From contig JAYUUO010000139.1 in assembly GCA_043754515.1 (NCBI GenBank), forward strand, positions 1 to 37,931: DNA of 37,931 nucleotides, in the 5' to 3' direction. Of this stretch, positions 1 to 12,950 are shown one piece after another; the stretch's first letter is position 1, and every line of letters starts with the position of its first letter. Origin of the DNA: Armatimonadota bacterium. GTDB taxonomy: Bacteria > Armatimonadota > Armatimonadia > Armatimonadales > Armatimonadaceae. The notes beneath the pieces are model-generated. The model saw nothing but the letters and a program-made list of their open reading frames with translations, was not told where the DNA came from and made no database searches. Position numbers and translations under genes: made by a program.

Positions 1-2
1 GC

Positions 3-80
3 TACCGTGTTTGGCAAGCATTAGCGGCGGTGGGAAGAGAACTGACCATCGAGTTCAAGCCGTTCCAAAGTGCAAACTAA
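3..80 (+). CDS. 3' end of a gene entering the window; possibly an XRE/HTH-type protein C-terminus
   Basis: Frame 3 reads YRVWQALAAVGRELTIEFKPFQSAN* (TAA 78-80). This resembles the 'LAxALGxxLxIxF' tail of small HTH/antitoxin proteins, but only 25 codons are visible. Confidence 0.3.
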   Translation, partial: YRVWQALAAVGRELTIEFKPFQSAN

Positions 81-206
81 ATTAGGACACTTACTTAAAG
101 TACCCATGAAAAGGGCTTCTCGTAGCAACGCATGAGTTCATTCTTCCGCCGACGCGATGGCAAGATTGCCCGCCCCCTTTCTATATAGCGGTGCCGGACC
201 GTGCCG

Positions 207-462
207 CTAACCACGAGCGCGAGTACTTCCCCAGCCGCGCCGGATGTACGCGGTTCCGCCGACGCGCATCAGGTATCGCTCGGCTTTGGGTGCCAGCCGC
301 CAGAGCAGTCGTGTCATCTCCTCGCGCGTGTCGGCGATTGTGTACTCGCCGCTTTCCACGTCAATTCAAGAGTGGCTTTCCGCGACTACTTTCCTCGACA
401 ACGGCGCGGATGCCGTTCTCGTACCACTCCTTGCCCCGCGCTACGACCTCTTCGCTTGTCAT
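207..462 (-). pseudogene. Frameshifted small hypothetical protein, paralogue of 16854..17159
   Basis: ATG at 462 with GGAG RBS gives MTSEEVVARGKEWYENGIRAVVEESSRGKPLL. After one extra A (~365) the sequence continues IDVESGEYTIADTREEMTRLLWRLAPKAERYLMRVGGTAYIRRGWGSTRARG* (TAG 207-209). It aligns with GKYLVIDTQTGEW...WYGVRIG of 16854..17159. Confidence 0.7.
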
Positions 463-500
463 GGTCTTTGCTCCTGTGTATATGTCGTGTCGGCGGCCGG

Positions 501-5171
<4,671 letters not shown>

Positions 5172-5494
5172 AGACTACAGGCTTCCTGTTTCATAACACG
5201 AACAAAATAAAGGGTCGGGTTTCCCGGCACCCGGCGTGGGGAGAATACGCCGTTTTTGTTCGCCGGTCGTGCGACGGGTATGTGGCACGCATCTTCTATC
5301 AAGAAGCGCGCCACTGGAAACGGGGCAGGGAAGATCCCGAGTCCACCGCCAGCGACACGCCACACATCTTGCGCCCGTCGCGTCGTCGCCGTGGCATTCC
5401 GCACAGGGATGTTACCCCCGGACGGAGTTCATTCCCCGCGATTCGGCGGAAAGAAAACTCGTAGCCCGTGGTTCGTCGCTGAATCAGGATAGGC

Positions 5495-5523
5495 AGTCTA
5501 TCATACGGCATTCGTCGCGGCAA
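5495..5523 (-). promoter_or_regulatory. Sigma70-type promoter for gltB
   Basis: Minus strand reads TTGCCG-N17-TAGACT with an extended-10 TG, implying a ~320-nt 5' UTR. Confidence 0.6.
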
Positions 5524-5736
5524 ACGCCGTTCGCGATAAACGGTGTAAGCTAAACCGGGCGCGTGCCGCCGAAACAGAACCAGATCGTTATCCCATTTTG
5601 TCGAGGAGACGGGCCATGCCGCCTGAGCGAACGGTGCCCTAAGGTATGCCACGCGCGGATTGAAGTATGGCGGTCACCCCGGTGTCTGAACGGATTAACA
5701 GCAAACACGCTAAACACGCTGGCGAAAGGGAACGAC

Positions 5737-6408
5737 ATGGAATGTAACGGTATCGTACGCGGCTTATCTCTTACAGCCGCGCTCCTCGGGGGAGTGACAG
5801 TGCTAGCCGCCGCGCCGCGAATGGTGCGTGCGCAGGCTCCGGCGACGCCGCCGAACGTGACGTTGAATATGCGGGATGTGCCGCTACGAACCGCGCTGGA
5901 GCAGATTTTCCAGGCCGCGAAGGTGGACTACTCCATTGCGCCCGACGTGACCGGTAGCGTCAACCTGAAGGTAACCGACGTGCCGTTCGAGAGTGCCTTG
6001 AAACTGATGTTACGCTCCGCGAACCCGCCCGCTACGTATTCCCGCGAGGGCGGTTTGTATCTAGTTAAGTTGCGAGCCGCGCCGGTAACCGACCCGGTTC
6101 CTGCTCTTATGCCGGAACCAGAGGCGGCACGCTCCGCGATCATGTATGACCGGATCGAACTGACCTACGCCGATCCTGTTGACCTTGCCAAGTTGCTTAA
6201 TATCACCATGATCCCCATCTTCACCCGCTTTGGGCTTAACGTCCCCGGTAGCACGGGCATCATCAAGCGGGGTGCCGGGGTACCAGGGGCTGGCGCGCCG
6301 GGAGTTGGCGCCCTGGGCGCGGGTAGCCGTGGCGCGGGCGGTGTGAACGGGGGAACCGTGGTCGGCTCCGGGAACGGGGACGGCAACGGACATATCATCT
6401 CGCTATGA
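5737..6408 (+). CDS. Secreted STN (secretin/TonB short N-terminal) domain protein lacking a secretin barrel
   Basis: ATG 5737 follows AAAGGGA. Signal peptide ends VRA-Q. VTLNMRDVPLRTALEQIF...VTGSVNLKVTDVPFESALKLML is PilQ/GspD N-domain-like, followed by a short IELTYADPVDLAKLL segment and a Gly-rich tail. Confidence 0.75.
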   Translation: MECNGIVRGLSLTAALLGGVTVLAAAPRMVRAQAPATPPNVTLNMRDVPLRTALEQIFQAAKVDYSIAPDVTGSVNLKVTDVPFESALKLMLRSANPPATYSREGGLYLVKLRAAPVTDPVPALMPEPEAARSAIMYDRIELTYADPVDLAKLLNITMIPIFTRFGLNVPGSTGIIKRGAGVPGAGAPGVGALGAGSRGAGGVNGGTVVGSGNGDGNGHIISL

Positions 6409-6413
6409 GGCGA

Positions 6414-6461
6414 TAGGACCGCGCCGGGGCAACCCTACGGCTACCCCCGGCGCGGTTCCTA
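6414..6461. terminator. GC-rich hairpin between convergent genes
   Basis: Inverted repeat TAGGACCGCGCCGGGG ... CCCCGGCGCGGTTCCTA just after the TGA at 6408. Confidence 0.6.
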
Positions 6462-6499
6462 GAGCGGTTCCCGCCCCGCGAGAACGATGCGATACGACT

Positions 6500-7306
6500 T
6501 CAAGGGGCCACTACCACGGAGACGGGATTGCTATACACATCATCCACGATCGCGACGACCGTGGAAGTACCTGCTTTAGCACCGTACAGTTGAAAAGGGG
6601 CGGCTCCGGCCCCGTTGACCACGGTGGCGAAATCCTTGCCGTCCTGGATTGAGACGAGTACCGATCCCAGCGACACAGGTACGACCGCTCCGGTAGCATC
6701 CGAAGCGACGACTGTCAGCGGAACATTTTTCCCGACGCTCAGGGGGGGAACCGTCAGCGCGACCGTGCGCACGATGCTGTCAGGGGCGACCGAGTTGTCG
6801 GCCTCCCCTGTTTTGCCGTCAATCGTCGTATAAAAGGACGTGCTAGCGGTCGGCGTTCCGATAGGGGTCGAACCCAGGTAGAAGCTCGCTTGGATGAGGC
6901 AGACCCGATTGACATCTATCAAGTCGGCCCCGGTCGTGATGGGTACCGAGTATGCCGCGAGGCGCGTCGGGTCGCGGGTGACGAAGACGACCGAGATTGG
7001 CGAGTTGCTAACGACGCCGCCCTCGTAGAACTTGATCACACCAGACATCGCCGAGCTGGTATGAGAAAGATCAAGTCCGACATTGCGTGTGCGGGCCCCC
7101 CAGAGCAGATTTATGTTAATAGCCATGCGCTTCGGGGTCGGCGTCGCGATCGGCGAAGAGGACACGGAGGGTGCTGGGGTTGGGGTGGATACTTGAGTCG
7201 AGTTGCCCGCGCCGCCACATCCCCCCGCTAACGATAGCGCGCAAACGATAACAGTTAAAATCGTAAGTCTGGTCGGCATAAGCGGGTGACAGGGCGAACG
7301 CGGCAT
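6500..7306 (-). CDS. Lipoprotein with Ser/Thr/Pro linker and C-terminal Ig-like (Big_2-like) domain
   Basis: Lipobox-like LSLAGGC-GG, a STPTPAPSVSSSP linker and a C-terminal all-beta segment (GAKAGTSTVVAIVDDVYSNPVSVVVAP). Start uncertain (7312, 7306 or 7279); AAGGA RBS upstream of 7306. Confidence 0.7.
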   Translation of the reverse strand: MPRSPCHPLMPTRLTILTVIVCALSLAGGCGGAGNSTQVSTPTPAPSVSSSPIATPTPKRMAININLLWGARTRNVGLDLSHTSSAMSGVIKFYEGGVVSNSPISVVFVTRDPTRLAAYSVPITTGADLIDVNRVCLIQASFYLGSTPIGTPTASTSFYTTIDGKTGEADNSVAPDSIVRTVALTVPPLSVGKNVPLTVVASDATGAVVPVSLGSVLVSIQDGKDFATVVNGAGAAPFQLYGAKAGTSTVVAIVDDVYSNPVSVVVAP

Positions 7307-7515
7307 TGGCATGTCCTTTATGAGCAGGGTTTGTTTGATTGGATCAAGGCGATGGCCGCCCGACACTGGGATGTTATTAACCGACCGTGCTAATTTTTCC
7401 TCCGTGGGCCGAATATCGAGCGCGAACTTGTTCGGTAGCGGACGCCGTGCGGAGAGGGCGGTGCCAGTGCCGCGCCGGGGAAACCCGTTGTTCCGGACCG
7501 TCCAGACGACGAAAC

Positions 7516-7543
7516 GGGCGCGAGTGAATATCCACTCGCGCCC
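7516..7543 (-). terminator. Intrinsic terminator of the PEP-CTERM gene
   Basis: Perfect 11-bp stem GGGCGCGAGTG/CACTCGCGCCC, followed by GTTTC on the minus strand, ~20 nt after the stop. Confidence 0.65.
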
Positions 7544-7565
7544 ACTCCGAGTCGTTATTCGGCTA

Positions 7566-8291
7566 CTACTTCCGGCGACGCTTGATCAGCATCGCGCCTA
7601 GCATGGTGCCCGGTATAAGTAGCATGAGCGTACCGGCTTCTGGGACGACGATGGCGCCGGTTTCCGGGGCGAGAACGGTGACGTTGGCCGCCGCCGCCGC
7701 GTTCACCGTGGCGTTCGCCACTCTATAGTTGGTCGCGTTCGTGCGCACGATCAGGATAGCCGATTTGTCCCCGCTCAGAAGAACGCCGTCTGATTTGCCG
7801 CCGGCGGTCAGATCGTTGCTGTTGAACGCGAACGCGACCGACCCGCCGCCGACCACGCGCTGGGAACCGAATGGGCGTTTCCCGCCCGATGTGAATGTTC
7901 CCGCCGGGGTGACGAAGGAGTCGATTTTATCGAACGCCGCCGCCGTGCTGAATCCTGAAAAGTCGTTCAGGTTGGTGGCGGTTACGCCGCCCGTGGTCGT
8001 GGTGACGGATATTTGATAGAGAAAGTCCAGGCCACCCGTGCTGTTCGTATAAACTGCGGAGAGCAGGGAACCGGAGAGCGTTTCGCCGTTCACCGCTAAC
8101 CCGAACGTGTCAAACCTGCTCGCTATAAACAGCGCGCCCTCGTCGGGCGTACTGACGGAATTCAGCTGGGACTGAGGGTTTCCCTGCACGAGGTTGACGA
8201 ACTGGGCATGTGCCGGCTGCATACTGGCAAAGATCGCGAGCGTGGTTATGGCACCGCAGAATACCGCGTTGCGCATGATTGGATGTTTCAT
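7566..8291 (-). CDS. PEP-CTERM sorting-domain surface protein
   Basis: GAAGGAG RBS then MKHPIMRN. Signal peptide ends AHA-Q. C-terminus VPEAGTLMLLIPGTMLGAMLIKRRRK has the VPE motif, a transmembrane helix and a basic tail. Confidence 0.9.
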   Translation of the reverse strand: MKHPIMRNAVFCGAITTLAIFASMQPAHAQFVNLVQGNPQSQLNSVSTPDEGALFIASRFDTFGLAVNGETLSGSLLSAVYTNSTGGLDFLYQISVTTTTGGVTATNLNDFSGFSTAAAFDKIDSFVTPAGTFTSGGKRPFGSQRVVGGGSVAFAFNSNDLTAGGKSDGVLLSGDKSAILIVRTNATNYRVANATVNAAAAANVTVLAPETGAIVVPEAGTLMLLIPGTMLGAMLIKRRRK

Positions 8292-8525
8292 AAATACTCC
8301 TTCGGGTCGGGGCCCATGTAGACGTAGCAATCAATCACGGCATGGTTGATGTGTTTCGTCACAATCTGAACTATGCCTTCCCGCAGATTACCCCACCGAA
8401 AATCGTGTTAAACATAGCAAGGCGAACTTTTCTGGTCCACAGTCCATATAGGGGCTGGGGCCAGCGCGTGATGTTGGACGGGCGGAAGCCACGCGATCTG
8501 GCGGCGGTGGCGCCTTGACGGTTAA

Positions 8526-9776
8526 ATGAACGGCATGACCGACCTTCCCCGCCACGTTTCCCTTCCCGACTTACGATCCGCGTACCCGTACCTGCGCGGG
8601 CGCGTCCGGCACACGCCGTTAATCGAAAGCGACGGGATCTCCGAGCGTGCCGGGAGCGCGGCGTTCGGCGCGTCCTTGCGGCTCAAGATGGAGAATCAGC
8701 AACGCACCGGCTCGTTCAAGGTGCGCGGCGCGACGTGGAAGGTGGCGTCGCTAACGCCGGACGAGCGGCAACGGGGCGTCGTTTCGGCGTCGGCAGGCAA
8801 CCACGGACAGGGGGTCGCGCTGGCGGCGCGGGACGCGGGGGTGACGGCGACGGTGTTCGTGCCGCGCACGGCGAGCATCGCGAAGATCGCCGCGATGGAA
8901 GGGTACGGCGCGAAGGTTCGGCTGGAGGGGATCGAGTTCGCGGACGCGGATCGGGCGGCGCGGCTCTACTCGGAGGAGACGGGCGCGACTTTCATCCCAG
9001 CCTTCGACGACGACGCGGTGATAACGGGTCAAGGCTCGCTCGGGCTGGAGTTGCTGGACGACGTGCCGGACGTAGATACGGTGATCGTGCCCATCGGGGG
9101 CGGCGGATTATTCGCGGGTATGGCAATCGCGCTGAAAGAAACGAACCCCAGGATTCGGATCATCGGGGTGCAGGCGGAAGGCGCGGACTCGGCGGCGCGG
9201 TCTTTCGCGGCGGGCCGACTGGTGCCGCGCGTCGAGCCGGTGGACACGCTGGCAGACGGCATCGCGGTCAAGTCGCCGTCGCCGCGCACCTGGGAGTACA
9301 TCAAACATTACGCGGACGCCGTGGTGACGGTCGCCGACTCATTCATCGCGGAGGCGATACTACTCCTGCTGTCACGCACCAAGAGCCTGGTCGAGCCGAG
9401 CGGCGCGGCGAGCCTGGCCGCGCTGTTCGCCTACCCGCATCTGGCGCGGGGTAAGACTGTCTGCCTCTTATGCGGGGGCAATCTTGATTTACGCCTGCTG
9501 TCGGACCTGATCGAGCGCGGCTTGATACGCACCAACCGCTACTTCCACTTCATCTCTGCCTGTTCCGACAAGCCGGGCGGTCTGGCGTCGCTCCTGACGG
9601 AGGTCGCGGCGGGCGGCGGGAACGTGATCGAGGTGATCCATAACCGCCTTTCCGATACCGTGCCTTACGGGCGGGCTGGGGTAGATCTGCTGGTCGAGGT
9701 GCGGGACGAGAAGCACATCCGGGAGCTGACCTGCTCGCTGGAGGCGGGGGGGCACCCGGTGCGGCGTCTCTCGTAG
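8526..9776 (+). CDS. ilvA: Threonine ammonia-lyase with a single C-terminal ACT domain
   Basis: PLP lysine motif LKMENQQRTGSFKVRGA, plus SAGNHGQG, PIGGGGL, VEPSGA and CGGN; ACT domain DKPGGLASLL. Confidence 0.95.
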   Translation: MNGMTDLPRHVSLPDLRSAYPYLRGRVRHTPLIESDGISERAGSAAFGASLRLKMENQQRTGSFKVRGATWKVASLTPDERQRGVVSASAGNHGQGVALAARDAGVTATVFVPRTASIAKIAAMEGYGAKVRLEGIEFADADRAARLYSEETGATFIPAFDDDAVITGQGSLGLELLDDVPDVDTVIVPIGGGGLFAGMAIALKETNPRIRIIGVQAEGADSAARSFAAGRLVPRVEPVDTLADGIAVKSPSPRTWEYIKHYADAVVTVADSFIAEAILLLLSRTKSLVEPSGAASLAALFAYPHLARGKTVCLLCGGNLDLRLLSDLIERGLIRTNRYFHFISACSDKPGGLASLLTEVAAGGGNVIEVIHNRLSDTVPYGRAGVDLLVEVRDEKHIRELTCSLEAGGHPVRRLS

Positions 9777-9809
9777 CCGCGCGTCGTGGTTCGAGGGCGC
9801 GAGTATATC

Positions 9810-9850
9810 GTGGACCCGCCGCGCCGGGTGATCCGGGGCGGCGGGTTCGC
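9810..9850. terminator. Hairpin between convergent ilvA and the Spy-like gene
   Basis: Imperfect inverted repeat GTGGACCCGCCGCGCCGG-GTGAT-CCGGGGCGGCGGGTTCGC. Confidence 0.5.
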
Positions 9851-9854
9851 GTCG

Positions 9855-10295
9855 CTACTTGGGCTTACCGCCCATACCGGCGGGACCACCACCCATCGCC
9901 CCGCCCATCCCTCCGGGGCCGCCGCGCTGGGCCTGCGCTTGCGTTTGCCACGTCTTCATTTTGCTACGTTGCGCGGGCGTGAAGACAGCCTCGGTCTCTT
10001 TCTGCATCTTTTCGGCGAGCGGCTTCGCCTCTTTGCTGGCCTGCATTTGCAGGGCCATCATCTGCTTTTGCAGAGCCACGATGCGGGGCCGATACTTCGT
10101 GTTCAAGGCATCCGACTGTGGCTTATACTTCTTCTGAATGGTCTGCATTCGCATCTTTTGCTCGGAGGTAATACCCAGTTGCTTCTCCGCATCGGCTTGC
10201 GAGGTCGGTAATTGGGCGAAGGCGGGCGCGACGGCTAACACCGTCGTCGCCGCCGAGAACGCCGCGAGGGCGGCAACGACGTTAAATAACTTCAC
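9855..10295 (-). CDS. Spy/CpxP-like (LTXXQ) periplasmic helical protein
   Basis: Signal peptide ending AFA-Q, two LTXXQ-like motifs (LGITSEQK, VFTPAQR), a coiled-coil core and a Gly/Met-rich tail. Confidence 0.75.
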   Translation of the reverse strand: MKLFNVVAALAAFSAATTVLAVAPAFAQLPTSQADAEKQLGITSEQKMRMQTIQKKYKPQSDALNTKYRPRIVALQKQMMALQMQASKEAKPLAEKMQKETEAVFTPAQRSKMKTWQTQAQAQRGGPGGMGGAMGGGPAGMGGKPK

Positions 10296-10427
10296 GTATG
10301 ATCAAACTTCCTTCCGGATAATGGTTCGGTTTCGTGGGGGCGACGCTTTAGTTTTTCGCCCCCGCGTTAAATACCCCTTCGGTACGCCTGTATCCTGCTT
10401 CCATGTTCCCGCAATCCCGGAATAGAG

Positions 10428-12434
10428 TCACCTGTTCTCAACCGCGAGGCGCTTCAGCCCCGCGGACGCCTCGGGTGTCGGGTAAATGATTGAAGAGCGG
10501 CGGTAGCATTCCCGCGCGGTGTCCGAGGCACCCACCGACTCGGCGAGTTGACCGAAGTCGCGTATAGACTCCATGTACTGCGTCGCCATCGGGTAGTGCA
10601 AGGGGTCCGGATCACCGCGCCACTGGTCCACGAAAACCCCGTCGAGCGCGAACGACTCCCATAAAGTGGCGTTCGTCGTAACCAGATCCCGTAGCGGCGG
10701 CGGGGGCATGTCTTTGCCGGACACGGAGCGCGGGAACAGGCGCAAGCCCAAGCCGTAGGGTAGCGCGTACGAGTGTGCCACCGCCCAATCATCGAACTTC
10801 GCCGACGTGCCACCCGCGTCGGCGGGTCTCGTGGGCGGTGTGGCGAATTTATCCCCCCGCTTCGCCGTCGCGACCGCGACCGCGAGCATGCGGGGCGGTA
10901 CCAGGAAGGCCCGAAACGAGCGCAAAAACAGAATGGGGTGCCCTTCGTCCATCGCCCGGCGCGCCAGCTGGATCAGACCCGCGTCGAAGGTAGGCGGGCT
11001 GTCGGGTGCCGGGAGACAGGTCGCGAACGCCGGGTACGCCCGTCGCAACGCCGCCGCGTACCAGTAGGCGATGTCGGTACCAGTGAACAGGCTACGTTGT
11101 ACGACCAGAACATCGGGGCGTACCTTGAGGACATACTGCTCGTACCAGAGGGTGAACGCCGTGTCTTGCGTGAGGATCAGCACCGAGTGGGGGGGGCAGG
11201 AGCGCAACAGATTCAGGCCGTAGTCACGCTCGCGGAAGTCGCCGCTCTTGTCGGCGTCCCCGTAATGCGCCGTCAGTGGCAGTATCGGCAGTAGGCACAG
11301 AGTCAGCGCGGACAGACGCATCCCGCGCTCCCGGCTCTGCTCGGGCAGATAACGCGTCAGGAAGCCGACCGTCGCGGACGCGCCGACGCCGATGCAACAC
11401 GCGAGAGCCAGGTAAGAGGGCAGGTAATACGCGTCAATATCCGGCGTGGCGTAGTTCGCCGCGTACCCCGTCTCCACCAACCAGATCCCCAGAACCAGCA
11501 GGCCGCTCGCCCTGCTCCCCGTGTCGCGCAGTAGCGTGATGATCCCGACGGGGACGAGTAGCAGAAACACGCCCAGTTCGTTTTTCAACAGCGTGCCGAA
11601 ATACTCTCGGCAGCTGAACTGGAAGAACGCGCCGCCAGGGAACATGTAGCCGCTGTAGCGTTGCCCGGACAGATGAAAAAATAACTTCTCCCAGGTGTCG
11701 GGCATCCCCCAACGGATCGGGGCGGTTCCATAACGCGCCGCGAGCGGGAGATACGCGTAGAGTGCCAGCGGGAGTAGAAACAATCCCGCGAGCGGCAGAA
11801 GTAGCCGCGCCTGTTTCCCGAGCAGGGCGGGCTTATGCGCCAGCACCCGCGCCAGGAATAAGGGGAAAACGAAGACCACGGTCAGATGATTTGTGACCGC
11901 GAGGCCGTACAGAAAGCAGAGCCAGGCGAGCCGGTCGTCGGCGGTTCCTGTGCCGTCCTCGGGCGTACGAACCCAGCGCAACGAATAGAACAGAAGCGCG
12001 GCCAGGAACGCTAGGCCGAGCGAATAAACCTCGCTGATCGTCGCCTGGCCCCAGGTGGTCGTGCCGAAAGCGAGAACTAGCGCGCCGAACGCCGCTGCCG
12101 GACGCCGGACGGGCTTCCCCTCCAGTAACAAACTCAAAAACAGGTAGGTGAACAGCACGGCGCCCGCGCCGGACAGCGCGACGAAAAGGTTGACACGGAA
12201 CGCCCATTCGCCCACCGGAAGTAGCGTGCCAAACAGATGGGCGAAGAGTACGAAAAGAGGGTAGCCGCTGGGGTGCGGCACGCCGCCCGTCGCGGCGGCG
12301 ACGACGAGATCTCCGCTGTCGCCGGAGTAGACGGTGCGGCAGGCGGTCAGCACGTAGGTGGCGAGACTAATCAGGAATACCAGCGTCGCCGCCCCGTAAT
12401 CGGCGCGTCTAGATTCGGGGATGAGCGAGGACAT
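10428..12434 (-). CDS. DUF2723 / TMEM260-like multi-pass glycosyltransferase (GT-C) with a C-terminal TPR-like repeat
   Basis: Motifs GDSGDL...GVPHPSGYPLF, FRVNL, SEVYSL, NHLT, YLPL, RWG and YYLP; many TM helices. ATG 12434 chosen because a promoter lies directly upstream. Confidence 0.85.
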   Translation of the reverse strand: MSSLIPESRRADYGAATLVFLISLATYVLTACRTVYSGDSGDLVVAAATGGVPHPSGYPLFVLFAHLFGTLLPVGEWAFRVNLFVALSGAGAVLFTYLFLSLLLEGKPVRRPAAAFGALVLAFGTTTWGQATISEVYSLGLAFLAALLFYSLRWVRTPEDGTGTADDRLAWLCFLYGLAVTNHLTVVFVFPLFLARVLAHKPALLGKQARLLLPLAGLFLLPLALYAYLPLAARYGTAPIRWGMPDTWEKLFFHLSGQRYSGYMFPGGAFFQFSCREYFGTLLKNELGVFLLLVPVGIITLLRDTGSRASGLLVLGIWLVETGYAANYATPDIDAYYLPSYLALACCIGVGASATVGFLTRYLPEQSRERGMRLSALTLCLLPILPLTAHYGDADKSGDFRERDYGLNLLRSCPPHSVLILTQDTAFTLWYEQYVLKVRPDVLVVQRSLFTGTDIAYWYAAALRRAYPAFATCLPAPDSPPTFDAGLIQLARRAMDEGHPILFLRSFRAFLVPPRMLAVAVATAKRGDKFATPPTRPADAGGTSAKFDDWAVAHSYALPYGLGLRLFPRSVSGKDMPPPPLRDLVTTNATLWESFALDGVFVDQWRGDPDPLHYPMATQYMESIRDFGQLAESVGASDTARECYRRSSIIYPTPEASAGLKRLAVENR

Positions 12435-12444
12435 GTGGTGTGAT

Positions 12445-12474
12445 ACTGTAGCCAATCGCCGCGCCCCCTGTCAA
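12445..12474 (-). promoter_or_regulatory. Sigma70 promoter of the DUF2723 gene
   Basis: TTGACA-N18-TACAGT, 10 nt upstream of ATG 12434, with no Shine-Dalgarno sequence. Confidence 0.65.
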
Positions 12475-12744
12475 GTGCCCACGCCCCGTCCCGTCCGCGA
12501 AAAACTATCGCGCGCGGCCCGCGAAAGCGGTAATGAAACGCCCGCCTCGGTACGTAACAGAGACGGGTATCGTGACCCGGCGCGAAGTCCGCGATACACT
12601 AAACCGACCGTGCGCGGGACTACTCTCCCGCGCCGAGACTTTCGCCCCGCCGTCCTCCCGGCGCCCGGCACTGGCTTCCGTGTTTTATTCCGACGACGGA
12701 ACAAATCGTACCTTAAGAAACCTGTTTCCTGGCTGGCGGCGCAC

Positions 12745-12771
12745 GGGAATCCATCCCTCCCTGATGCCGTT
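12745..12771 (+). promoter_or_regulatory. ECF-type promoter candidate upstream of prkA
   Basis: GGGAAT-N17-CGTT, i.e. GGAAT-N18-GTT, which is the SigR/SigH-type consensus. Confidence 0.45.
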
Positions 12772-12950
12772 CGTGAAGCCGGAAACCCGCCCGATGACTT
12801 GTATCACCTCGCGAGCGCGAGAAAGGATGCCCGGCGCACGCCCTCTACGGACCGCGCCGGAACCATTTCTATCCGCGCCCGCGCCGACCTTTTACTGAAG
12901 ACCGCACACGCCGCGATATTGCATCGCACCGCGCAAATGAAAGGGACCGC

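Noticed and set aside
5282..5297. Sigma-54 promoters (TGGCAC at 5282, 15630 and minus-strand ~7466)
   Set aside because: None has GC at the required GG-N10-GC spacing.
12761..12805. Fluoride-riboswitch-like sequence (CCGATGACTTGTA) in the prkA leader
   Set aside because: The 5' GGNGAUG stem and the pseudoknot complement are missing, and the gene context does not fit.
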